NCBI GenBank assembly: GCA_051294375.1
Contig: CM119269.1
Coordinates: 248,001-312,000, forward strand
Length of the DNA stretch: 64,000 nt
DNA from: Paraspadella gotoi
Lineage: Eukaryota > Animalia > Chaetognatha
Reading direction: 5' to 3'
Shown here: positions 51,321-61,314 of the stretch, one piece after another
Layout of the letters: every line of letters begins with the position of its first letter
Position numbering within the stretch: the stretch's first letter is position 1
Position numbers and translations under genes: made by a program
Notes under the pieces: model-generated
Databases searched by the model: none
Seen by the model: the letters and a program-made list of their open reading frames with translations, nothing else
Told to the model about the DNA's origin: nothing

Positions 51321-52508
51321 TCTTCTCTTATATCTTCTNNNNNNNNNNNNNNNNNNNNNNNNNCTCTCTCTCTCTCTCACCCTCGCCCTTCGACTCTCCA
51401 TCCAATCGCGCGTTAGAGACGAACAAATTTCTGGATCTTTCTTCATAGAACTGATTTGGGATCGTCACTACTGTGTGAATATGGATCATCAATATGGTCG
51501 TAATTATTAAAATCAATATTATGGTCTGATTAAGGCTTAAACTATAATACAAATAAGAATTAATTGTAATGTTACAACTTCCATTTTTGATTATTGGAAA
51601 GATAATTATTATTCTTTGAAGTTTGAAAAAAAATTATTCAAGAGATTTATATTTTAAAAGTATTGAGTTTAAAATTTATAATAGTAAATCATATTTATGA
51701 ATCTAAAAAAATGTAATAAATATTAAAAATATTTTAAAACTATATTATAAAAATAATAAAAATAAGTTTAATTATAATTTTATAAAANNNNNNNNNNNNN
51801 NNNNNNNNNNNNNNNNNNNNNNNNNNNNNNNNNNNNNNNNNNNNNNNNNNNNNNNNNNNNNNNNNNNNNNNNNNNNNNNNNNNNNNNNNNNNNNNNNNNN
51901 NNNNNNNNNNNNNNNNNNNNNNNNNNNNNNNNNNNNNNNNNNNNNNNNNNNNNNNNNNNNNNNNNNNNNNNNNNNNNNNNNNNNNNNNNNNNNNNNNNNN
52001 NNTAAAAACTTATTCAAAGGTTATAATAAAAATGAAAAAAAAATTTTATCATTTTTTTTATTTAAAAGTTTCATAGGCCGTCCTCTCCAATATCTTCTTC
52101 CCGAAGTGGCCTCCCCCCGGTTTCGATCCTCAAAGCCCACGAGGTTGTCCGCCTCGATTTTAAATTCGAGCTACGCGTTCAACAATCATAAATTTTATTT
52201 TTTTAAATTCAATATTGAAAATATTAAAGAAGTAAAGTAATAAATAACAAAATAACAAACAAAAATTTGAAAAGAAATCTAAATAAACAACAGAGACGAC
52301 GACGACGACGACGGCCAAATATTGTTACGCAAAACGAAAGAAAGGAAAACATTTTGACGGTCGGTGATTTGAATCCCAATAAATCTCGACCGGCCGCGCC
52401 ACCCCGTATCTACGCCACCACTCTCACTACCATTCCTAGCACCCTAGCTCACTTATAACCACCCCAGGGTCAACGGTCACCCTCCGCAACATCCCAACAT
52501 CAGACACG

Positions 52509-52653
52509 ATGCACTCTCAATGGCGTGACGTCGCCGCTTGGGCCAAAACCGGCGCTCCTCTCTCCACTACGAGCGACGAGAGCGCCAAGATGTACGACGC
52601 CGCTTTGACGCAGTTCATGGGATACTACGAGGATAGAGAGACGGACGGACTGG
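52509..52653 (+). CDS. TTC38: Tetratricopeptide repeat protein 38, exon 1 (MHSQWRDVAAWAKTGAPLSTTSDESAKMYDAALTQFMGYYEDRETDGLG)
   Basis: Matches the recalled TTC38 N-terminus ([26 protein letters not shown]); ATG start; donor GTGAG, phase 1. Confidence 0.93.
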
Positions 52654-53320
52654 GTGAGAGGATGGATGGATAGATGGACGGACGGATTAGGTGAATGAAT
52701 GGATGGACTGGGTGAGAGATATAACGACTGAGAGATGGATAGACTGGGTTAGAAAGATTGCAAGTTTGATATATTGGATACTTTGTTAGAGATGGAAGGA
52801 TAGACAGATGGACCCACTGGGTGAGAACTGAGAAGTTGGATGGATGGATAGAGGGACAGATTGGATTTAACATGATGCATGGAAAGAGAGACGAATGGAC
52901 ATTATTTCAAGTAATGTTTTGATGATTCTTTTAATTAATTATAATTAACACGTTTTAAACAACACAACTACTAATTAATGTCTCTCTCCCCTTCTCTCCT
53001 CTCTCTCTCCCCCTCTCTCCTCTCTCTCTCTCCAATNNNNNNNNNNNNNNNNNNNNNNNNNNNNNNNNNNNNNNNNNNNNNNNNNNNNNNNNNNNNNNNN
53101 NNNNNNNNNNNNNNNNNNNNNNNNNNNNNNNNNNNNNNNNNNNNNNNNNNNNNNNNNNNNNNNNNNNNNNNNNNNNNNNNNNNNNNNNNNNNNNNNNNNN
53201 NNNNNNNNNNNNNNNNNNNNNNNNNNNNNNNNNNNNNNNNNNNNNNNNNNNNNNNNNNNNNNNNNNNNNNNCCCCTCTCCCCTTACTCTTTCGCTTCCCC
53301 CCGCTTCCTCCCCCCCGCAG

Positions 53321-53470
53321 GTGGCGCCATCCACCGCTGCCTCCAAGCGGACGAAAATTGTATCATGGGTCACGTGATGGCAAACGTCTACGAATTCTTG
53401 ACGCTGACTTGTGGAGCTTTTGATGATCCGTCGAAGGCGCACGTGGGAGAGATGGTGCTGAAGGCTCAAG
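53321..53470 (+). CDS. TTC38: TTC38 exon 2 (GAIHRCLQADENCIMGHVMAN..EMVLKAQ)
   Basis: Matches 'AADPTFVMGHAMA'; CAG/GT boundaries; phase 1-1. Confidence 0.92.
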
Positions 53471-54058
53471 GTGAAGTGACTCTGTCTCTGTTGGTTCTTT
53501 GTGTCTGTCTTTCTCTCGAACTTTGTCTCTGGGTCTCTTCAGTAGTGAAAATTTCGAAANNNNNNNNNNNNNNNNNNNNNNNNNNNNNNNNNNNNNNNNN
53601 NNNNNNNNNNNNNNNNNNNNNNNNNNNNNNNNNNNNNNNNNNNNNNNNNNNNNNNNNNNNNNNNNNNNNNNNNNNNNNNNNNNNNNNNNNNNNNNNNNNN
53701 NNNNNNNNNNNNNNNNNNNNNNNNNNNNNNNNNNNNNNNNNNNNNNNNNNNNNNNNNNNNNNNNNNNNNNNNNNNNNNNNNNNNNNNNNNNCCCCCACAC
53801 CAAGGTAAGCCGCCTCGATCCCCGACGACCAAACACTCGAGGCTTAAATCAAAACGAGATTTTCGAAACCAAAACAGAAAAACAGAAAAACAAAAAAAAA
53901 CATAGAAAAAAAGGGAAACATTTCTCTTGGTTTAAAACGAAATGACCTTGAACGACCTTGAGTGACCTTGGATTGACCTCGAATGACCCGGACTCAAATA
54001 ATCAAAAAAAGGATTTTCGTTCCTTAATCCAAAGGTTTTTTTCCCCTTTTCTTTTCAA

Positions 54059-54258
54059 CTTTTTAGTTGCGCATCGAGCACTCGCGGAGCCACTCTATAA
54101 GTCACTTTTCGGTCGGTCTGTCGGTCGGTATGTCTAAGTAACTGCAAGCGCCACCTTCAGTGCGTGTCATAAATACACGGGCTAAAAAAGTTTTTGTAGT
54201 CATGTCATGTCATGTCATGTCATCATAGGGAGAATAATGTCGCTGCGGCGCAACACAT
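54059..54258 (+). mobile_element. DINE-1/HINE-like element, copy 4 (internally deleted), in TTC38 intron 2
   Basis: 'ttttagttgcgc..ctcgcggagc.actcta..agtc.cttttcggtcggtc' as in copy 2; 3' subTIR 'ctgcggcgcaacac'. Confidence 0.65.
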
Positions 54259-54418
54259 TCCTCCCATCCTCCCTTCCTTCCTTCTTTCCTTTAATTTTCT
54301 TCTTCCTAATTTTTCTTTTATTTTTTTATTTTCCTTTTCTTCTTCCTACCTTCCTACCTTCCATAAGCATTACTTTTCTCTTTCCTCCCTTATTTCTTTA
54401 GTTGCTTATCCCCCTAGT

Positions 54419-54457
<39 letters not shown>

Positions 54458-55314
54458 NNNNNNNNNNNNNNNNNNNNNNNNNNNNNNNNNNNNNNNNNNN
54501 NNNNNNNNNNNNNNNNNNNNNNNNNNNNNNNNNNNNNNNNNNNNNNNNNNNNNNNNNNNNNNNNNNNNNNNNNNNNNNNNNNNNNNNNNNNNNNNNNNNN
54601 NNNNNNNNAGAAATCCTTTCGGAAATCCTTCCCTTCGACATGACCATTTACAAGTTGGGAGAAATGCAGCCATTGTCTCGATGCGGCGACTAGTTGACTA
54701 ATTTTTTAAAAAATATTTTAAAAAAAGACATCAATGATATGAAAAAGATAAAGAATAAAATCAATTATTCTTGATAGATACATTTGGTGAATTGAGCGAC
54801 AATAAAATTATAGAGACGCATCACCACATCGAGAAAATCCGTCTGCTTCTCACAACAACAACAACAACAACGACGACGACAACCAAACAACAAAAAGCCT
54901 TTCCTTCTCTTTTTCCCAGATCCATAAATGATTGATTGCCCTTTCAAGCGAGACGCAACAACAACAACAACAAAAACAACAACAATCAACTCCGCCCACC
55001 ATTTTGATAGCGCCTCTAGTGACAAACAACTAAAACATCGACAATGGCCACAAGCCACAAAAACCACAGCAGCAGCAATGACCCCTTACCTCATCCCAAA
55101 TCCCCCACAATATTTCCACAGCTGTATGTGACTTTTTCTTCCTTCTCCCCACACCCCCTTTTCGTACCCACAACCTTGACGTTCCTCCGGTTCCCTTGTC
55201 CCTTCTCAGTCCACAACTATGACTCTTTCAATCTATCCCTCCCTTCCCCTCCTTTCCACAACCTCCTTTCCTCCCCACATTCGTGACCTCTTTGCCCACA
55301 CCCTTTATCCACAG

Positions 55315-55483
55315 CGCCCTCCGTGACTGATCGCGAGCGCCACCATGTTCGCGCCACGCAACTTCTCGCCGACGGTCACTTCCAGAGGGCGTGCCTCGTC
55401 TGGGAGGAAATTCTGGCGCGAAATCCGTTGGACTCGTTGGCGCTGAGGATGGCGCACGAGTGTTGTCTCCTTCTTGGCGCAAG
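55315..55483 (+). CDS. TTC38: TTC38 exon 3 (PSVTDRERHHVRA..GHFQRACLVWEEILARNPLDSLALRMAHECCLLLG)
   Basis: Matches '[37 protein letters not shown]'; phases consistent. Confidence 0.95.
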
Positions 55484-55560
55484 GTGATGGCGTAGAGGAG
55501 GGGCTAGGGGGATTTGTGACGTGGAGGGATTTTTGGCGGGTAGGAGTGGAGATTTGGTGG

Positions 55561-55649
<89 letters not shown>

Positions 55650-55913
55650 TCACTCGCGGTTATAGATATTTTGACCGATAGCGCTCCGTTTCCGCTGATT
55701 GATGTCCCCGCCTCGACTTTTTATCGCCCGCTTTCCCCCTTTGAAGCGTTTTGATTGGTCGACGCCAAAGTCGACGGCTTTGGTCTCCACCAATCAGAAC
55801 GCGAGACACGCGCGAGATTAAATCGGAAAAACTATAGAAGAAACTCGATCTTCTTCGGATTTTACGAGACTTTCGTTTCCCTTCTCGGACTCTTGGCAAT
55901 TTCTAACGCGGAC

Positions 55914-55945
<32 letters not shown>

Positions 55946-56357
55946 AACAACAACGAAAACATCAACTCAACTAACTACTTCTTTTTATCCACTTTGTTAT
56001 TTACTTTATTAATTGTTCAAATTTTACTTTTACACTAGAATCGAGACACCCATTCATTTTACATCATCCAATGTCATTTTATGTCATTTTTACGTTCTTT
56101 TTCATTCATTTTATGTCATTTACTGTACTCTTTCCCGCTCTGCCCACGTTGCAATTATTCGCCATTAAATAACTATATAGTTTCTTTCAACAAACGGTTT
56201 CCCACTTCCCCTATACAACAACAAAAAACTCGACTCTGTCTCCCTCCCGTTGACCTCTCTCTCTCCCTCTCTTTTCCCTCCACCTCTGTCTCCCTCCCGT
56301 TGACCTCTCTCTCTCCCTCTCTTTTCCCCCCACCGCTCTCTTCCTCCTCCCCCACAG

Positions 56358-56504
56358 AGAAAAACTCCGCGACATTCCAGCCCGCGTTCTCGGATTCTGG
56401 GAAAAGTCTTGCAAATCCTGCGATTCCCTTTTGCCCCATGCGGCGGCCGTGAGGGCTTTATACGCCCTCGGGCTGGCGGAGTCGAGGCAGTTCGAGGAGG
56501 CCAG
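56358..56504 (+). CDS. TTC38: TTC38 exon 4 (EKLRDIPARVLGFW..ALYALGLAESRQFEEA)
   Basis: Matches 'EQMRDSVARIYPFW..GIYSFGLMET'; phase 2-2. Confidence 0.93.
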
Positions 56505-56719
56505 GTGAAGAAGGGAGGGGCAAAGGGGAGTGTAAGGGGAGAGTCAGCTGAATGAGCTGGATAGCTCTTGATAAATAACTATTTTAATACTATAAATATA
56601 AAAATAAATAAATAAACAAATAAATATAAAAAATAAAATAGTTTCATATAAATAGATATATATATGGACGGATATTTATGGGATTCCTGTTTTATAAACC
56701 CAGCCTTTCTTTTCCCCAG

Positions 56720-56833
56720 GGACGAAGCCAAACGAGCCCTCGAGGCGAACGCGAGGGAACCGATGGCCGTTCACGCATTCGGATTGGCCTGCTACTATCA
56801 GGGAAGACTCACTGAGGGGATAGAGTTCATGAG
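56720..56833 (+). CDS. TTC38: TTC38 exon 5 (DEAKRALEANAREPMAVHAFGLACYYQGRLTEGIEFM)
   Basis: TPR matching 'AKEALSINPTDAWSVH..DGLEFM'; CAG/GTGAG boundaries. Confidence 0.93.
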
Positions 56834-56891
56834 GTGAGGGGAGGGAGGGAGGCGAGAGAATAGAGAGGGAGGAGGAGAGAGAGAGAGATTG

Positions 56892-56922
<31 letters not shown>

Positions 56923-58249
56923 GAGATAAAGCAGTGAGAGAGAGGAGATGGAGAGAAGAGACGAGAGAGAGGATGAGAGGTGAGTGAGTGAGAGAATGCT
57001 ATTCGGTTTCTGGCCTGCTACTATCCAAGGAAGACTCACTGAGGGGATGAAAGTTCATGTTGGTTGAGGGGGGAGGGAGGGAGAGGAGATGGGGATGGAG
57101 AGAGAGAGAGAGAGAGGAGAGAGAATGGGTCGTAAAAAAGGTGAGTAACTTGCAAACACGACAGTAAAAAATCTAATAAATAGAAATTCTAATTGAAGAG
57201 AAACGAAGAGATCGAGAAGTGACATATGAACAAAGTGTAATTCTTCGACGAGTTTTAGCCATATCGAAGGGAAAATGGGCGATTTAGGCCGGATTGGGGA
57301 GATAAAGGTAAAAAGAACCTTCGCGCGAAGCGTAACGATAGACGAATTGGTAAAAAACGATGAACAATTAAAGAGGAGAGAGAAAGATGAGGGAGAGAGA
57401 GACAGTAGGGCCAATTGGAGGGCTTACCTCGAGAGTAGAATGCACTGTGACGTTGAGACTAGAGATGGAGAACCATGAAGCGAAGAAAATCGACAGCATG
57501 ATAGAGACGAGACAGATGCAGCAGGAGCATGAGAAGTAGAGGAGAGCGAGAGACGAGAATTGGACAGGAAGAAGAGAGAGAGACAGCATTAACAAAAGGT
57601 TAAAGATAAAATCTGCATATATGCAACATTCTGCAATCTTGCAATGCAAAAACAAAAAGTCAGCAAACAAACCATCCATGAGATGAAAATAAAAAAACTC
57701 GGCCGCGAACCCGGAACCAATTCCGGAATCGGGAAAAACTCATCTTCGGACATTCAAAACTTCGGCGCCGTCGCCGCCTGCTTCCGCGCCCGCCGCCGCC
57801 GCCGCCGCTGAAGATGTGCGACGACGAGAGGAGATTCGCCCTTGGAGACCAATCTCGATCTAAGATCCTAAAAATAGGCACAGAGTTAGACGCCGTCTGA
57901 GAAGAGGGGAAGGAAGACGAAGGAGAATGAAGAGATGAGAGAGAGAGAGAGAGAGAGAGATGAGAGATGAAGAGAAGAAGGAGAGAAGACGAGAGAGATG
58001 AGAGAGGAGATGATTGATGAAGATGAGAGAGGAGAGGGAAAATGTAAAGGAAGGAGAAGAGAGAGCATGTGGAGAGAAAAAATATTAGAGAGAGGGAGGG
58101 AAATGCGGAGATAGAGACGGAGATAGAGTATAGAGACAGAAATCGCCCCCCCTTGCCTCTCTTCTCCCTTGCGCCCCATCGCCATCCTTTCCCCTTTCCC
58201 CCGTTTCCCCCCTCACACTTCTTACTCCGCCCTCCACCCAAACTCAATG

Positions 58250-58463
58250 TCTCGCTCCGAGAGTGGAAGAAGTCCGCCCCGCCCTTCGTCGTCCGCCAAC
58301 TTTTGGCTGCTGGGCTGTTGATGCTGCGGAGTAACGGAGACGTCCGCGCGCACGCCGTCTTCCATCTCGACGAGGAGCATCTGCGAGAAGTCATCGAGGT
58401 CCATGGTTGTCGTCGCATTAGCCAACGAGGCGCCATCTATTGTTGCCTGATTGTGCCTTGGAG
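58250..58463 (+). CDS. TTC38: TTC38 exon 6 (frameshifted; EWKKS..ANFWLLG..NGDV..HLDE..)
   Basis: Fragments in alternating frames resemble 'WKDS..HNYWHWAL..GEY..YD'; start approximate. Confidence 0.6.
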
Positions 58464-58554
58464 GTGACGGGCGAAGCGCAGCATTATTTGAGAGTGGCAA
58501 GCAAGCGGCGACGACCAATTTTGGCCCACCAATGAAACCTCCCCTCTTCTTCAG

Positions 58555-58728
58555 GTCAAGACGTTGGCCGACAGATGGCTGCGAACTCTTTACTAACTCG
58601 GTTTCGTCCACACGCGACGAACCCGTCCACGCCGCGTCGACGTTCACGTCTGATGTCCACTTTTGATGGTTGACGGGTGGACGCAGCGCCGGCGCTGCCG
58701 CTGAAGCGCAGTGGGGCGGAGGGAACAG
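58555..58728 (+). CDS. TTC38: TTC38 exon 7 (frameshifted; GQDVG.DRW..DVHF)
   Basis: Strong acceptor 'cctcttcttcag'; resembles 'GVSVGQRW..NDAHFLM'; end approximate. Confidence 0.65.
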
Positions 58729-58974
58729 TGGCTATTGATGCCATTGATCACTGTCTAACTGATTGAGAAATAACTCAACGAATCAACTAAAACAATGATC
58801 TGAGAAATATCGAACGAAATAGCGAACGAGGAAAATGACAAACAAACAAACAAAACGATAACGAAACAACGAAATACGAACGAACGAACGAACGAACGAA
58901 CGAAACGAGAACTGAACGAACGAACGAAACGATTACGAACGAAAGAATAGAACGAACTCCTTCCTCGTTTCCAG

Positions 58975-59140
58975 GATCTCGTCTGTTCCCAAAAGTTCTA
59001 CTCCGCAACGGAAACTGGCGACAATTTGTGGCGTCGACGGCGGAAGTGGGCTGTGGCCGTGAGCGAGGCGCGATCTCTTGGCGGCGGGAAGATCTTCGTC
59101 GCGCGCCTGAGTGAGACGCTCTGGGCCGATACGTAGGAAA
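58975..59140 (+). CDS. TTC38: TTC38 exon 8 (frameshifted; ..ETGDN..AEVG..ETL(W/G)PIR)
   Basis: Resembles 'PGEN..RDVGLP..ELLLPIR'; boundaries approximate. Confidence 0.6.
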
Positions 59141-59411
59141 GAGAGAAAAAAGTTTAATCTATTGCTTTGCAGTAAATTCACTGTTTTGACTTGATTTAAT
59201 TATTCTTATTGATGATGAGTGACAATTAATAAATAAAACAAAGCATTCAAAGTAAAAAAAGCCTAAAAAAAGGAACCGACTAATACAACAACTTTGAAAA
59301 TAACGATTAAGAAAACAACTTACTTACGTATGTTGTTTTGTTTATATATGTTTTTTAGATTAGATTAAAAATAATTCCCCTTTTGACTGGTCTCACGTGA
59401 CCACCACACAG

Positions 59412-59529
59412 ATATTGAACATTCACCGATCGTGTGTTTCTCCGGACTTCATCAAGATGTTTTTCGACGTTTTTGCTCATTTATACGCGTTGGGGATTCA
59501 ATCGTCAAAAGCGGAAGACACCGCCAATG
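59412..59529 (+). CDS. TTC38: TTC38 exon 9 (frameshifted; ..LHQDVF..LLIYA..SSKAE)
   Basis: Resembles 'AQRDVFNQLLIHAA..SS'; CAG/GT boundaries. Confidence 0.65.
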
Positions 59530-60247
59530 GTGATTTACAGTTGCTTTACATTACTGTTTTTAATAGGGATGTAGGCCTTAACAATTGCTACCAATTTAAT
59601 AACTTTAAATTAACATTTTCTCTTTTTGCTTATTTATATAATTTAATACATGGGACGGATTGTACTCGTTAAAAATTGTACCTTTCATTTATCCATTTCA
59701 ATATTTCACTTTTTTTCATTTTCTCTTTTTGATCGAGTCTCTTTTTTTGTGTTTATTTCTTTTGCTTTTCTCTTTTGTTTTCTTTCGTTGTAGGCCTTGA
59801 AATATGAAATTTTAATATGCTTTCTTTTTCCCTCTTTCTTTTCCTTTCCTCCTCCCTCTTTACCTCTTCCCATTCTCCTTCCTTTTCTTCCTATTCTCCT
59901 TCCTTTTTTCTTTCCTATTCTCCTTCCCTTTTTTCTTCTCTATTCTCCTTCCTTTCTTCTTCCCATTACTCTCTTCCTTATATTCTTCCTATTCTCCTTC
60001 CTTTTTTCTTGCCCATTTCCTCCTTTATTCTCTCCTATTCTCCTTCCATAATTCTCATATTCTCCTTCTTTTTTTATATCCCATTCTCCCTTCTTTTTCT
60101 ATCTTCCTATTCTCCTTCCTTTTTCCTCTCCACTTTTTATTTCTATATTCTTTCCTTTCCTATTTTTCTTTCCACTTTTATTCTCTTTTTTTCCTACTTC
60201 CCCTTTTATTTTTGCTCTCTGTCCCCCCTCCCCCACACTTCTCCCCC

Positions 60248-60278
<31 letters not shown>

Positions 60279-60302
60279 CCTCTTCCCATCTCCCCCACGC
60301 AG

Positions 60303-60390
60303 CGTCCGATCTTCTTCTCGAGTGAGCGGTAAACGATCGATGGGTTTAACTCCTTTCGTTGGAAAAATATTCACTTTGAAACATTTTTAA
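60303..60390 (+). CDS. TTC38: TTC38 terminal exon (frameshifted; SDLLLE..MGLTPFV)
   Basis: CAG acceptor after a long CT tract; resembles 'RSLLMER..NSPLTE'; stop position uncertain. Confidence 0.55.
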
Positions 60391-61228
60391 GCGTCGGCGC
60401 CGACAGAGGTCTCATCCGTTAAAAAAACAATCAGGACATCGCAACCTTTTTTTTTCTTTGTCTTAATACTGTATTTTTAACTTTTTAAAAAAAAAAAAAC
60501 TTTTACCGGTTTGCTACGACTTTTTAAATCTTTTTAAATTTGTATTTTATTTACTATTTATTAATTAATTTAACAAAAATATTGTATTCCGTCTCACAAT
60601 TTTTGCGTTTTAAAACGCGAAGACTCTAATCAGTTGAGTCGAAACGGACTCTGTCCTTAGCTTTGTCACGGCGAAAGTGTGTCTGACCTTGCCACGGCCT
60701 TGTCACGTCCTCTGGGATACGATGCTATATCACGCTTTGAGCAATGCTGGCCCTTTGCAATGACCCAGGGAGGCGTAAAACTGTTCATGACCTGTTGTCT
60801 GTACTCCGCAATCTGTCTTGTGCGAGACGTCGTACCAACCGTAGTGTTTAATCTGTCCCCTCGCAAACGCCGACTTTCCATACCGGGGCTCCGATTCTAA
60901 CCGTAGTGTTAATCAGTCGTGTCAAGCGTTGCATCCGATAGTTAAGGGGCGTGCGCATTTCAGATAATCCTGCCGTGACGTGTCGAAGACCTGTTCGGCT
61001 TATTCTTCGGTATTTACTTTAATTAAAAACAAAAACATTTAGAACAAAAGTTAATCTTAATTGACAAATATTTCTTTTCATTTCGCATTTTTGCTGTAAT
61101 TTTTTCTTCTTTTTTAGAATAAAAACTTTTTTTCATATTTTTTTGTTTTCGAAAGGAAAATCGGAAGTTAAACAAAATTTATGATCAGAGAATTGAGATA
61201 AAACGCAGGCCGTTAGTGCAGAAGAGTT

Positions 61229-61314
<86 letters not shown>

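Noticed and set aside
58222-58647. 141-aa minus-strand ORF
   Set aside because: It is the antisense shadow of frameshifted TTC38 exons 6-7 on the plus strand.
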